From positions 74,904 through 138,903 of the forward strand of contig CAVYSE010000025.1 of assembly GCA_963771075.1 (NCBI GenBank): a stretch of 64,000 nt of DNA, written 5' to 3'. The position numbers were made by a program, and so were the translations under genes. Under the pieces are notes generated by a model. It had not been told where the DNA came from, searched no databases, and saw nothing but the letters and a program-made list of their open reading frames with translations. This document shows, one piece after another, positions 52,201 through 62,907 of the stretch (positions within the stretch are counted from its first letter, which is position 1; each line of letters begins with the position of its first letter). Origin of the DNA: a candidate division FCPU426 bacterium. Lineage in GTDB: Bacteria; Oederibacteriota; Muellerivitia; Muellerivitales; Muellerivitaceae.

Positions 52201-53742
52201 TTAAAAAGCCACGTTAATTAATTGAAGGTAATGGTTATAACTTTGGGTCAGGTTGTCCACGGCAAAGGCGTATTGGATACCGAGCGGAAGGCCCAAACCG
52301 CCGCACAAATTGCCATTGGTAAGACCACCCCGGAGCTGCAGGATCCCCAACACGTTATAGTTAAACCCAAAATCCAAATGAGATCCAACCCCCAGACCGC
52401 TATAAACCGAGGAATTATCAAACAAATCATCCATATCCGCGTTCACAGTCAATTCCCGCGTCACCTTCCAGGATGCACCCACCCGTATGATCATCGGGGC
52501 CGGGTCTATGGTCACCGGGCCTCCGTTCAAATTGAGCGGATCCCCCACATTGGTATTCATAACTCCCGCAGAATGGAAAATATCGGTGGCCGCCACCCCC
52601 AATGAAACTCTCGGATCATCAAAATCATATAGAAGTCCGAGGTCTACGCCCCACCGCAACACGGTCGTTTGAAAATCATCTTTTATATCATTTCCCACAT
52701 CCGAGGACCCATTGGTGTTCTGAGTGATTAAATAATCAGAGGTAACGGAGGTAATCCTCCTATTGACAATCTTGAAATTTATTCCCGCGGATAGGGATGA
52801 GTCATCCGCCAAGGGACGCGTGCAGTAGGTCGCCATGGCAACGGTATCGGTAAAAACCATGGAAGAAACGGGGGCGATATCGTCGAACAGGGCTTGGTCC
52901 GAGCTATTGGGCGAGACGTTGTTCATCAAATTAGTGATACTTACGGCAAATTGCGGCGCGGTGATCGCTCCGGTATGAAATTGAGTGACGGCGCTTCCCA
53001 AGGCGACTTGCTGTCCCGGGTTTAATAAGGCGTTCAAGAGCGGGGCTGCCTGGTTATAGAGTGAAAAAGCTTGGTTCTCTTCCTCCGTCACGTTATCGGT
53101 CGCCATTTGGGGAAATGCCGCCATATTGAGAATGGCTTGAACTAAGCTGCCGCGGGAAATTCGAACCGCCGCTTGAGAGTTATTGTAAATTTGGAAACCC
53201 CAGTGATCATCGAATTTGAGCGAAATATTGAATGGCTGAATTCCCAACTGGATGACCTTATTGGTCATGTTTGAAAGAGCGGGTTGAAGGTTACTAACGG
53301 CATTATTGATTCCAATGACGCCGGAGTTGTATAGACCTGAGTTCACCGTTACCCCGTCCGTTTCACTCAATCCGTTACTGATGTTTTGGAATGACTGGCT
53401 CACGTTCTGAAGGGAATTTTGCAGGTTGTTGAGGGTATTGTTTCCGGTCAAATAATTGGCGATCCCAATAGGATCATTCCCCACATTGAGCCCCAAAATC
53501 CGCACTTCAGCGAAATCCGGATTGTTTGCCAGGAGGGCGGGATTATAGGCGGAGGCGTTGAAAAAGCTCCCATCCGCCGCCACTGCGTTGCCCATTCCCA
53601 TGGCCGCGACGGCAACTGGAAAGGACGTGAAATTAAAGGGATTGGAACTGTTCAGAACATCCTGGGCCATGCTCCGCCCGGGAAAGAAAAACGCCAAACC
53701 GATCAAGAACCCAATCGGGCCAAGAATTCGATGCCGGATCAT
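52201..53742 (-). CDS. Outer-membrane beta-barrel protein (TraF_2/FadL/PorV-like)
   Basis: Signal peptide, AMGMGNA..A.....YNPALL, WGVDLGLLY, LRGGL, C-terminal Phe. Confidence 0.7.
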   Translation of the reverse strand: MIRHRILGPIGFLIGLAFFFPGRSMAQDVLNSSNPFNFTSFPVAVAAMGMGNAVAADGSFFNASAYNPALLANNPDFAEVRILGLNVGNDPIGIANYLTGNNTLNNLQNSLQNVSQSFQNISNGLSETDGVTVNSGLYNSGVIGINNAVSNLQPALSNMTNKVIQLGIQPFNISLKFDDHWGFQIYNNSQAAVRISRGSLVQAILNMAAFPQMATDNVTEEENQAFSLYNQAAPLLNALLNPGQQVALGSAVTQFHTGAITAPQFAVSITNLMNNVSPNSSDQALFDDIAPVSSMVFTDTVAMATYCTRPLADDSSLSAGINFKIVNRRITSVTSDYLITQNTNGSSDVGNDIKDDFQTTVLRWGVDLGLLYDFDDPRVSLGVAATDIFHSAGVMNTNVGDPLNLNGGPVTIDPAPMIIRVGASWKVTRELTVNADMDDLFDNSSVYSGLGVGSHLDFGFNYNVLGILQLRGGLTNGNLCGGLGLPLGIQYAFAVDNLTQSYNHYLQLINVAF

Positions 53743-53750
53743 GGAACGCC

Positions 53751-54575
53751 TCAGCGTTCAGCCGGATTGGAACTAGCGTGATCCCTGGATAAGTTAAGGG
53801 GTTCCAGGAAGGTATATCCTTCCTTCGCATTCGCCACAAAAGCCGGAACCGCGCTCATATTTTTCTCGTCTTTCACTCGGTCTTGCGCGATCAAGACCCA
53901 CTGATAAGCCCCGTGGGTTCCCAACAATTCATAGAATTGGTCCGCGATATCATTACCCTTTTGTATTTCACCCAGCTTGGTTCCCTCATAGTCCACCTTC
54001 ACGTCCCTGAAATCCACGGCGACCTCAATGGAATCACCTGCCTTAAATTCCGTTCCCGCTTGGTCATATACCGAGCCCGAAAGGATAACCCAAGGTTTCC
54101 TCGGTCCTCCCAACTCGATTCCATTCAGGTTAAACCGTACATAATTATTCACCCGGCTATCGCCGTTCATGACCCGACCCAGCCACAAGAAAACAGATCT
54201 GTCGTGTTTGGCGAATGACGAACCCAAGGTCTTGACCGCCAAGGCGCTGGCAAGCCGCAGGTCTCCCGGAGCCCCAACACGGTCATACAATTGGATATTG
54301 GAGGAATAAGGGGGGGGAACCATCGTGGTTACGGAGGTAGGCGCCATTTTCGCCGCGGTAACGACCGGAATAAGCGTTGGAACTGCCGTTGGGCTCAAGG
54401 TGACTTGAGGAGTGGGTTGAACGGTCGATTTCTTTTTCTTTGAATGTTTGGCGGTAGAGGCGGACGAAGTGGAGGCGACCGACGCATTCGCGGTTGAGGC
54501 GGCCGAATCATCCGCGAAAACCTTGGCGCTCAACGCCAAACTAAGAATGGTAATCACCGCAAAAAACTTTTTCAT
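53751..54575 (-). CDS. Exported hypothetical protein
   Basis: Signal peptide (VFA-D), Ser/Thr/Pro-rich linker, AAGGAGG RBS. Confidence 0.75.
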   Translation of the reverse strand: MKKFFAVITILSLALSAKVFADDSAASTANASVASTSSASTAKHSKKKKSTVQPTPQVTLSPTAVPTLIPVVTAAKMAPTSVTTMVPPPYSSNIQLYDRVGAPGDLRLASALAVKTLGSSFAKHDRSVFLWLGRVMNGDSRVNNYVRFNLNGIELGGPRKPWVILSGSVYDQAGTEFKAGDSIEVAVDFRDVKVDYEGTKLGEIQKGNDIADQFYELLGTHGAYQWVLIAQDRVKDEKNMSAVPAFVANAKEGYTFLEPLNLSRDHASSNPAER

Positions 54576-54678
54576 ACGTCCTCCTTGAGGTTAAGCCCTG
54601 ATTGAAGTCGAATTATAATCGTTTAACCTCAATATTTGTTGAGTTTTATTTATAATTTATAAATATGGTGAATATCCT

Positions 54679-55599
54679 TTAAATCAGGCTGGCCGAAAAA
54701 GGAAGGCTTTGGATGACCTTCAGGTCCTTGGCGATTTGAAGTTGAAGGGACTCCGGGTTAGGAAATCTCTTTTCGGCCCGTAAGTATCTCATCAGGTAAA
54801 CCCGTAAGGTCCTGCCATAGAGCCGCCCATGGTAATGCAACAAATGAACTTCCGCTTTGCGGTGATGATCATCCTCTTGGAACGTGGGTCGACGGCCCAA
54901 GTTCATTCCCCCTCGATAAAGCTTTCCTCCTACCTTGACCAAACAAGCGTAAACCCCGTCTTTAGGAGGCAACCGGGTCACTCCCCCCAGATTGGCGGTG
55001 GGAAACCCGATCCTTCGACCCACTTGGCGGCCCTTGACGACCTTCGCCTCGATAAAGTAGGGCCTTCCTAGGAACCGGTTGGCTTTATCGGTTTCGCCCC
55101 GCGAGAGAAGCTCCCTGATAAAACTGGAGGATACGGTGGCGCCCTCTTTATTGACGCGGGAGACCGCCTTAACGACAAATCCATACTGTTTCCCAAGCTT
55201 AATCAATAGCCGGACGTCCCCCTTGGCACCCCGGCCGAAACGAAAATTCTGTCCAACCACCACGCCCTTCAAAGGTCCCTGTGCCGCCAACCACCGCACG
55301 AACTCCTCGGGGCTTTTAAGTGAAAATTCCCGGTTGAAGGGAAGGACCCGGACATTCTGAAGACCATCGGCTTTGAGCATGTTGAAAGTTGTTTTACGGT
55401 CGAGGAGAAACGGCACCTTTACCCCATCGGTCAAAACATGACGAGGATGGTCATGGAACGTCAAAGCTTCCGGGGTCGCCTGGAATCTTTTGGCAAGCCG
55501 GATCGCTTCCTTCACAAGCGCCTGGTGGCCCAAGTGAACGCCGTCAAAAACGCCAATGGTGAAAACCAACCCTTTTTTCTTCGAGCCCTTGAGTTTCAA
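54679..55599 (-). CDS. ribF: Riboflavin kinase/FAD synthetase
   Basis: IG.FDGVHLGHQ, SSS.IR, GFPTAN, EVHL. Confidence 0.96.
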   Translation of the reverse strand: MKLKGSKKKGLVFTIGVFDGVHLGHQALVKEAIRLAKRFQATPEALTFHDHPRHVLTDGVKVPFLLDRKTTFNMLKADGLQNVRVLPFNREFSLKSPEEFVRWLAAQGPLKGVVVGQNFRFGRGAKGDVRLLIKLGKQYGFVVKAVSRVNKEGATVSSSFIRELLSRGETDKANRFLGRPYFIEAKVVKGRQVGRRIGFPTANLGGVTRLPPKDGVYACLVKVGGKLYRGGMNLGRRPTFQEDDHHRKAEVHLLHYHGRLYGRTLRVYLMRYLRAEKRFPNPESLQLQIAKDLKVIQSLPFSASLI

Positions 55600-56477
55600 G
55601 CGATACCTTCCATCCCGAAGACCTTGTAAGGCTTTATTCGATCTCCATCGGACTCAACGATCGCACAAAGTCTACCCTCTTGGTTTAAGACCCGCAACCG
55701 TTCCATGGGAGGTGTCTCCCACTCGAGGGATTGGCCCTGGCAAAGGGGTTTTAATGATCCCGTCGAAAGGGTGATTGCCGATAAATGGGAAACCAGTTTA
55801 GAACAGGGTTGAAGACAACTCCATCTCTTGTCTAAGGCCGGGATTTTTTCCAAACCTTCCAAGGTGACGGCCTGTGCCAATGAAAAGGGACCCACTTGAG
55901 TTCTCCGCAGGGATTCCAGACAACCACCCACGCCCAGTTTTTGACCTAAGGTCTCACAAAGCGAACGGACATAGGTGCCCGATGAACAGGACAAGCGGAA
56001 AGAAATTCGTGGAAGGTCCAGCCAAAGGATATCCAAATCCCATATCCTCACCGGCCGAGGATTCGGATTCGCTTTCTTACCTTCTCGAGCCAATTGGTAA
56101 AGCCTTTTTCCTTTAATCTTCACGGCTGAAACCATGGGTGGAATTTGCTCGTGGATTTCCTCCAGCGTCCGAACCGCCGCCTTCACCTCCAACGGGTCGA
56201 GACTCGGGCAGGGATTCTGCCGAAGCACCGCGCCGGTCACGTCGGCACTGTCGGTTTCCCTCCCTAGGAGGCAGATCGCCACATATTGTTTGTCATAATG
56301 GGTAAATTCGATCAAGCGGGTGGCCGCGCCCACGGCCAGGGGCAAAACTCCCGTCGCCAAGGGGTCCAAGGTTCCCAGGTGACCGATTTGCCTTTCGCCC
56401 AGAAGCCGCCGGACCACGGCCACGGCGTCATGGGAAGTCCATTGGGGAGGCTTATCCAGGACAAGCACGCCGTCCAA
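55596..56477 (-). CDS. truB: tRNA pseudouridine(55) synthase
   Basis: DKP..WTSHD, GH.GTLDPLATG, SSGTYVRSL. Confidence 0.97.
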   Translation of the reverse strand: MDGVLVLDKPPQWTSHDAVAVVRRLLGERQIGHLGTLDPLATGVLPLAVGAATRLIEFTHYDKQYVAICLLGRETDSADVTGAVLRQNPCPSLDPLEVKAAVRTLEEIHEQIPPMVSAVKIKGKRLYQLAREGKKANPNPRPVRIWDLDILWLDLPRISFRLSCSSGTYVRSLCETLGQKLGVGGCLESLRRTQVGPFSLAQAVTLEGLEKIPALDKRWSCLQPCSKLVSHLSAITLSTGSLKPLCQGQSLEWETPPMERLRVLNQEGRLCAIVESDGDRIKPYKVFGMEGIA

Positions 56478-56492
56478 GGGAATAATCCGGCG

Positions 56493-57497
56493 TTACTTCA
56501 GTACAACCCGGCAGGCTTTGAGAACCGCCTTGAGGGCCGAGGAGCGATTGCCCGAATAGATGGCGCCGGCCGCGTAAGAGTGGCCTCCGCCACCGAACTT
56601 CTTGGCCACCAGGGCCACGTTCGCGTCTGTTTTGGAACGGAGGGAAATTTTGGTTTGCCCGTCCGGCCTTTCCTTCAAAAAAATGGCGATTTGCACGCCA
56701 TCGATCTTTCGAACGAAATTGACTAGGTTTTCGGAATCTTCATCCGTGGCTCCGGAATCTGCGAGTTCTGCCTGGGACAGTTGGATGGAAGCGATGCGTC
56801 CATTCTCGTGAATCTCAATGCTAGCGAGGGAAATGCGGACCAACTCAAGGGCTTCCGGACTGATGTTCGAAAAAATCCGGTCGGATATCCAGGCGGAGTC
56901 CGCACCCGCTTCCATGAATTCTGCGGCCAGCCGTAAAACCTGGGGAGTCGTGTTGGAGTAGCGAAAACCACCCGTATCCGTGGCTAAGGCGGTATAGAGG
57001 CTCTCGGCGATTCCCTTGTTCAAAGGGATACCCATGGCCTTGATGAGGTGATAGACAATCTCGCCCGTGGCGCAGGCGCCCGGATCTACCAAGTTCACAT
57101 CCCCGTAATGGTCATTGGAATAATGATGATCGATATTGACCAGCGCTTGGAACTCCTCCCGGCGTACATTGTCCCGGATCCGTGTAAAATCTCCCGCGTC
57201 CATGACGAAACAAACGTCATGGGATGGAAGTGTGTCGGAGGCCTGGTAGGCGGAAGCGAACGGAAGAAAGGAAAGGCGGGGCGGCAAGGGGTCGTGATTG
57301 ACGACCAAAACTTTTTTCCCGATGGCTTTCAGGGCGCAATAAAGGGCCGACTGGGAGCCCAACCCGTCCCCATCCGGGTTGACATGGGTCGTCAGCAAAA
57401 AAACACGGTTTTTCCGGATCAGGTTAAAAACCTGGCCCCAGGCGCTTTGAATGCTTGGCTTGACTTTTTTCTCAGGCTTGCTCGTTCTCGCCCTCAT
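56493..57497 (-). CDS. nrnA: DHH/DHHA1 nanoRNase / pAp phosphatase
   Basis: HVNPDGD, IDHH, TDTGGF, SLRS, GGGH..AAG. Confidence 0.92.
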   Translation of the reverse strand: MRARTSKPEKKVKPSIQSAWGQVFNLIRKNRVFLLTTHVNPDGDGLGSQSALYCALKAIGKKVLVVNHDPLPPRLSFLPFASAYQASDTLPSHDVCFVMDAGDFTRIRDNVRREEFQALVNIDHHYSNDHYGDVNLVDPGACATGEIVYHLIKAMGIPLNKGIAESLYTALATDTGGFRYSNTTPQVLRLAAEFMEAGADSAWISDRIFSNISPEALELVRISLASIEIHENGRIASIQLSQAELADSGATDEDSENLVNFVRKIDGVQIAIFLKERPDGQTKISLRSKTDANVALVAKKFGGGGHSYAAGAIYSGNRSSALKAVLKACRVVLK

Positions 57498-57852
57498 CTT
57501 TTTTCACATCCTGGTTCTTGATGGAATCCAACAATCCCTTGATCTTAAAGGCATGGTCCAGGGAGGTATCGAGGTGGAACTGGATCTCGGGAGTGTAGCG
57601 CAATTGTATCCTACGTCCCAATTCCCCTCTTAAAAAACCTTTTGCACGGTCGAGTGCCGCCATGGTTTCTTTTCGTGAGGCCGAATCCCCCAAAACGGAC
57701 ACGAAAATCTTAGCGTGGCGGAGATCATCGGCGGTTTCAACCCCGGTCACGGTCACAAAATGGATTCCCGGGTCCTTTGTTTCCTGGGTCAGCATTACGC
57801 TGATCTCGCGTTTGATCGCCTCCGATACCCGATCCGCTCGCTTGAAGCTCAT
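57472..57852 (-). CDS. rbfA: Ribosome-binding factor A
   Basis: RADRV, KDP, DLRHAKIFVS, LRYTPEI.F..D.S. Confidence 0.97.
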   Translation of the reverse strand: MSFKRADRVSEAIKREISVMLTQETKDPGIHFVTVTGVETADDLRHAKIFVSVLGDSASRKETMAALDRAKGFLRGELGRRIQLRYTPEIQFHLDTSLDHAFKIKGLLDSIKNQDVKKDEGENEQA

Positions 57853-57931
57853 CTTTCGACTCTTTCTTTGTTGATAACGGTCCCTAACGGACGGACCATT
57901 ATAATTGATGTTTTCGCTAGGGAAATTCTTG

Positions 57932-58215
57932 TTAGAGGAACTCGGTTTGAACTCCCGTTAAATTCAATTCTCCTTCCCTCTCCAAAATAGGTCCAATATT
58001 TTGGAAAGGGTGGAATCGGCGTGGGAACGATCGGTGTTGACCGTGACAATGGCCAAAACAGATCTTTGCCATAGGTTTTGGTGTTCCACTTCGGCCAACG
58101 ACACATTGAATTGACGCCGCAAACGGTCTGTGAGGCTTTTGAGGGTCATTCTTTTGGTTTTAAGCGATCCACTCTCGGGATAGTGAATTTCAACTCTCAA
58201 GAGACCAATCACCAT
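57932..58215 (-). CDS. ylxP: DUF503 family protein (YlxP), apparent frameshift near 57985
   Basis: SLK.KR...KSL..RLR..FNVS.AEV..Q.LWQR; the shifted frame continues EREGELNLTGVQTEFL*. Confidence 0.85.
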
Positions 58216-58292
58216 TTTCGACACCAATTCAAAACTTAAATTTGGTCATGAGGAATGGTTGTTCAACTAAAGACACTCGCAACTTGGAACCA

Positions 58293-58440
58293 GTAACAAA
58301 ACTCCGGTTTTTCCCGCCAGGATGCGCTCCCAAAGGGGGCAGGCTTACGCCCCGCCAAGGCCCACCCCAACCATTCAAAACCTTAAAACGTTCGTCCTTC
58401 TGGATGTTTGGATTCCTGGGTGGTGAAACAATTTTGTTAC
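58293..58440. repeat. MITE/REP-like inverted-repeat element between infB and ylxP
   Basis: GTAACAAAA/TTTTGTTAC terminal IR plus imperfect inner CCAGGA/TCCTGG arms. Confidence 0.5.
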
Positions 58441-58446
58441 AGACTG

Positions 58447-60723
58447 TTAGTCTTGTAGTTTGCCGGCAACCGCTTCCAGAACATAGGCTTCCAACTGGTC
58501 ACCCACTTGAACATCCTCAAAGCCTGCGATCGCGATACCACACTCGAAGCCGTTGGTCACTTCCTTGACATCGTCCTTGAAGCGCTTCAAGGATCCCACT
58601 GCGCCCTCGAAAATCTTTTCCTCGCCGCGAAACACCCGCATCTTGGCCTTGTTCGTGATCTTGCCGGATTGCACAAAACAGCCCGCGATGACGCCCTTGG
58701 GAGTATTGAAAATCTGGCGAACTTCAGCCCGGCCCAGTGCCAGCTGGCGGTAGGTGGGTTCCAGAAGACCTTCCATGGCCTTTCGCACATCCTCCACCGC
58801 GTCGTAAATGATCTTATAAACTCGCACGTCCACGTCTTCCTTCTCGGCGGTTTCCTTCGCGCTAGAGTCCACCTTGACGTTGAACCCCACGACAAACGCA
58901 TTAGAGGCCGAAGCCAGAAGGATATCGGAGTTCACGATATTACCCGCGCCACTGCGGATGACCCGCAGGGCCACCTTTTCGGTGGAAAGTTTCTCAAGGG
59001 AAGAGGTCAGGGCTTCCACGGATCCCTGCACGTCGCCTTTCACGATGACCTTGAGTTCTTTGATCTGCCCTTCCTTGATCTGCTCGAAGAGGTTATCCAG
59101 GGTGATGTGCTTCATGGCTCCCACGAGGCGGTTGTCTTTCTGGGCCTCGGTTCGACGGGAAGAGATCTCGCGGGCGACCTTGGGATCCGTCACCACGTAA
59201 AAGACATCGCCTGCGCGCGGCACATCGGAGAGGCCGAGTATTTCCACCGGCATGGTGGGACCGGCGGCCTTGGACGGCTTGCCCAAGTCGTCGTGCATGG
59301 CCTTGACGCGGCCGTAGGTGCTTCCCGCGATGACGTTATCCCCCACCTGGAGGGTTCCCTTTTCCACCAACAGGGTGGCGACCGGCCCCCGGCCCTTGTC
59401 CAATCGGGCCTCCAACACCACGCCTTTGGCGGCGCGATGGGGATTGGCCTTGAGTTCCAACACTTCGGCCTGGAGCAAGATCATTTCCAAAAGTTTCTCG
59501 AGGTTCAGGCGTTTCTTGGCCGACACCTCGACGAAAATGGTGGTGCCGCCCCATTCCTCCGGTTGCAGGCCGCGCTCGGCCAACTGGGTTTTCACGCGGT
59601 CCGGATTGGCTTCGGGCTTGTCGATCTTGTTCAACGCCACCAGGATGGGCACCTTGGCTTCCTTGGCGTGGTCGATGGCTTCTAACGTTTGGGGCATGAC
59701 TCCATCATCCGCCGCCACCACTAGCACCACGATGTCCGTGGCCTTGGCCCCGCGGGCGCGCATGAGAGTAAAGGCCTCGTGACCCGGGGTGTCCAGGAAA
59801 GTAATGGTTCCTTTTTCTTGTTTCACTTGGTAGGCGCCAATGTGCTGGGTGATCCCGCCCGCCTCCCCCTCCGCCACCTTGGTCTTGCGGATGGCGTCCA
59901 GAAGCAGGGTCTTTCCATGGTCCACGTGGCCCATGATGGTGACCACGGGAGAACGGGGCAAGAGGTCTTTGGGATCGTCCGGGGTGTCCTCGAACATTTC
60001 CGCTCCGTAAAGGGGCACCACTTCTACGATGGCATCATGGGCGGATGACAGGGTCTCGGCCACGGTCATATCCAAACGCTGATTGATCGTCGCCAAAATT
60101 TTGAGGTCCAAGAGCTCCTTGATTAGCACTCCGGCTTTGACATTGAGTTTCTGGGCCAGTTCAGCGACCGTGATCCCTTCGGTGACCTTGATCTTCGTGA
60201 GAACCTTCGGTTCCGAACTCTCTTCCGTTGCCGGTTTCTCCTCGATGGGTTCGGCCTTGACCGCCAAAGCTGCGGCTGACTTGGGCCGTCCCGCCGCCAG
60301 GCCATGACCGCCCTTGGCCGGATGGGGTTTGGGGCCGATCTTGCGGGCCGCGGGTTGGGAAGGCCGGTAAGCCGGCGCTCCAGACCTTGTTCCGGAAGGC
60401 TTGGAAGGTGCCAAGGTCGGGTAGGTGGCGGTTGCCGCCAGGGAGGGCGAATTGGAATTAGTCGTTTTGGCCACGGGGCGTACAGAGCCAGGCGAGGTAG
60501 CTCCGGGCGTTTTTGTGGAGGTTTTGGCCGCTGGAGTAGCCGCCACGGGAGCAACCGCCTGAAGATCGGCAAGCCCCAAATCCCTGCGGATTTCCGACTG
60601 GATCTTATCGTCCACGAGCGTTAGTTGGCTGGGCACGTTGAAGCCCAGTTTTTTGCAGCGATCCAGGACTTCTTTGCTGGGAAGGCTTAATTCTTTGGCG
60701 AATTCGAAAATACGCTTAGCCAT
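58447..60723 (-). CDS. infB: Translation initiation factor IF-2
   Basis: [39 protein letters not shown]. Confidence 0.99.
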   Translation of the reverse strand: MAKRIFEFAKELSLPSKEVLDRCKKLGFNVPSQLTLVDDKIQSEIRRDLGLADLQAVAPVAATPAAKTSTKTPGATSPGSVRPVAKTTNSNSPSLAATATYPTLAPSKPSGTRSGAPAYRPSQPAARKIGPKPHPAKGGHGLAAGRPKSAAALAVKAEPIEEKPATEESSEPKVLTKIKVTEGITVAELAQKLNVKAGVLIKELLDLKILATINQRLDMTVAETLSSAHDAIVEVVPLYGAEMFEDTPDDPKDLLPRSPVVTIMGHVDHGKTLLLDAIRKTKVAEGEAGGITQHIGAYQVKQEKGTITFLDTPGHEAFTLMRARGAKATDIVVLVVAADDGVMPQTLEAIDHAKEAKVPILVALNKIDKPEANPDRVKTQLAERGLQPEEWGGTTIFVEVSAKKRLNLEKLLEMILLQAEVLELKANPHRAAKGVVLEARLDKGRGPVATLLVEKGTLQVGDNVIAGSTYGRVKAMHDDLGKPSKAAGPTMPVEILGLSDVPRAGDVFYVVTDPKVAREISSRRTEAQKDNRLVGAMKHITLDNLFEQIKEGQIKELKVIVKGDVQGSVEALTSSLEKLSTEKVALRVIRSGAGNIVNSDILLASASNAFVVGFNVKVDSSAKETAEKEDVDVRVYKIIYDAVEDVRKAMEGLLEPTYRQLALGRAEVRQIFNTPKGVIAGCFVQSGKITNKAKMRVFRGEEKIFEGAVGSLKRFKDDVKEVTNGFECGIAIAGFEDVQVGDQLEAYVLEAVAGKLQD

Positions 60724-62056
60724 GGGATTCGGTCCCCTCCGTTTCGATACTGGGTTCGGCGGGGATAATAAATTCCGGGGAAGGCGGAATCACGGGCAAC
60801 CCGTCCGTGCCCCTCGTCAATTCAACGGCGGCGGGTGGGGCTGCGGACTCGATGGAGCCCTCATCTATCTCATCGGGCGGAGCCGATAGTTTTTCTTCCT
60901 GGGTGAGTCCCGCCGCCTCTGCGGAGGGCGCTTCTACCTTCGCCTGGGCAATTTCATCGGCGGTCGTTTGGGAAACTTCCTGGAAGTGGGCATCCATGCG
61001 GGCCCTTTCTTCCAAGGCATGTTGTTCCTCATTCTTGATGTCGATCTTGATGCCCGTCAAACGGGCGGCCAAGCGGGCGTTTTGGCCCTTCTTGCCGATG
61101 GCGAGGGAAAGCTGGTCGTTGGGCACGATGACCTCGGCCGAAGGTATCTCGGCGTCGGCGTGCAACACGATGCGGGCGATACGGGCCGGGGAAAGGGCCT
61201 TGGCCAGGTAGGTGGTAGGATCTTCGTCCCAAGGAACGATATCGACCTTTTCACCGCGGATCTCATCCACGATATTCTGGACACGGATCCCCTTGACGCC
61301 CACGCAAGCGCCCACGGGATCAATGCGGTCATCGCTCACCACGCGCACGGAGATCTTGGTACGGGCGCCGGCTTCCCGGGCCACACTCTCGATCTTAACC
61401 GAACCCTCGTAGATTTCGGGCACTTCCAATTCGAACAATTTGCGCACCAGATTCGGATGGGCGCGCGACACGATAATGGCGGGCCCTTTCAGGGTTTTGC
61501 GCACTTCCAACACGAGGAACTTCATGCGCTCCCCCGTGGAATAACGTTCGCGGGGCACTTGCTCTTTGGCGGGCATCAGGGCCTCGGTATCGCCCAGGGA
61601 TATGATGACATTGCGGCCTTCGTAGCGCAGCACGCTTCCGGTAATGAGGTCTCCCTCTTTTTCTTTGAACTGGTCGTAAACGCTCTGGCGCTCGGCGTCC
61701 TGCACGCGCTGGACGATGACTTGTTTGGCGGTCTGTGCCGCGATGCGGCCGAACTGCTCGGGGGGAATGCGGATCTTCAGAACCCCGTCAAGCTCGATTT
61801 CTTTGTCGACCTTGCGGGCGTCCTCCAGGCTGATCTGCAGGTTCGGGTCCTCGACTTTTTGGACCACTTCCTTCAGGTAAAAAGCTCGGAACTCGTAATC
61901 AGTCTCGTCAAATTCCACTTCCACTTCCTGGCCCACGCCGAAGATTTTCTTGGCGGCCGAGGACAAGGCAGCTTGGATCGCTTCGACCAATTGTTTTTTG
62001 TCGATGCGCTTGGTATGTTCGATTTGGCTCATGACCAAGGCCAGCTCGTTGCCCAT
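60716..62056 (-). CDS. nusA: Transcription termination factor NusA
   Basis: FGRIAAQTAKQV, FELEVPEI, DPVGACVG, LSLAIGKKGQNARLA. Confidence 0.98.
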   Translation of the reverse strand: MGNELALVMSQIEHTKRIDKKQLVEAIQAALSSAAKKIFGVGQEVEVEFDETDYEFRAFYLKEVVQKVEDPNLQISLEDARKVDKEIELDGVLKIRIPPEQFGRIAAQTAKQVIVQRVQDAERQSVYDQFKEKEGDLITGSVLRYEGRNVIISLGDTEALMPAKEQVPRERYSTGERMKFLVLEVRKTLKGPAIIVSRAHPNLVRKLFELEVPEIYEGSVKIESVAREAGARTKISVRVVSDDRIDPVGACVGVKGIRVQNIVDEIRGEKVDIVPWDEDPTTYLAKALSPARIARIVLHADAEIPSAEVIVPNDQLSLAIGKKGQNARLAARLTGIKIDIKNEEQHALEERARMDAHFQEVSQTTADEIAQAKVEAPSAEAAGLTQEEKLSAPPDEIDEGSIESAAPPAAVELTRGTDGLPVIPPSPEFIIPAEPSIETEGTESHG

Positions 62057-62138
62057 TTCCAAACCCCTTAAAATAATTTTCAATTCTCAGCTTTAAGTTC
62101 TTAATTTTGTATTTATTAACTTAAAACTAATAACATTT

Positions 62139-62612
62139 CTACAATTCAACGACCAGTCTTGCGGTCTTCACGGATGCCAGGGGAACCCAGAGGGTTCTTT
62201 CCTTGCCGATCCGGACCAGAACCCGGTTCTGATCCATTCCGTTTAATCTTCCGTCAAAGCTCACCAACCCCTCCAGGGGCTGGTTAAGGACGAATCGGGC
62301 CAATCGGCCCTCGAACCTTTGGTAATCGCCGCTGTGGCGAAGGGGACGGTCCATCCCTGGTGAAGAAACCTCCAGCAAGTAGGAACCTTCCACCACGTCC
62401 AGCTCATCCAGGCGACTTTCCAATTCCCGGCTAACGGTTTCGCATTCCTGCAAGCCCACTTGGCCATTCGGCTTATCTAAAACTAACGAAAGAACCGTTT
62501 TTCCGCCTTGGGAACGGGTTCCCAGGTCGAAAAGCTCGAAAAAATTGTCCTTAACCACCGCTTCGGCCAGCTGTCGAATCTGGCTCAATTTCAGCGGGTC
62601 CGGCAACCCCAT
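62139..62612 (-). CDS. rimP: Ribosome maturation factor RimP
   Basis: C..VSR, Y.LEVSSPG.DRPL. Confidence 0.96.
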   Translation of the reverse strand: MGLPDPLKLSQIRQLAEAVVKDNFFELFDLGTRSQGGKTVLSLVLDKPNGQVGLQECETVSRELESRLDELDVVEGSYLLEVSSPGMDRPLRHSGDYQRFEGRLARFVLNQPLEGLVSFDGRLNGMDQNRVLVRIGKERTLWVPLASVKTARLVVEL

Positions 62613-62692
62613 GTTTCACCTCGTCCATAAACAACGAACGGCCTTATCGGCCGTTTGGGATCGCAATTTGCGGTTTTTTCCCTAAAAATTCG

Positions 62693-62725
62693 AAAAAAAA
62701 AGCGGGCCGTTAAAGGGCCCACTTT
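62693..62725 (-). promoter_or_regulatory. rimP leader hairpin/attenuator
   Basis: AAAGTGGGCC...GGCCCGCTTTTTTTT upstream of rimP-nusA. Confidence 0.7.
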
Positions 62726-62907
62726 GGGGGGTCAGCCTTAAAATTGCTCAGTAGTTTTAACAAAACCAAGGGTTTTTCGCAAGGGGAAAGGGCTCGGCTC
62801 TATCTAGGGGATGGGAAAAAAGGTATTCACCCCCATATAAGGGGGTATCTTTGTTTTTTGGCATTCATTGTTTCATCCCGGTGAATCTTTGTTGCTTATA
62901 TACCATC

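Noticed and set aside
52201..53742. Conjugative element, from the TraF-like similarity
   Set aside because: No other tra/T4SS, relaxase or integrase genes in the window.
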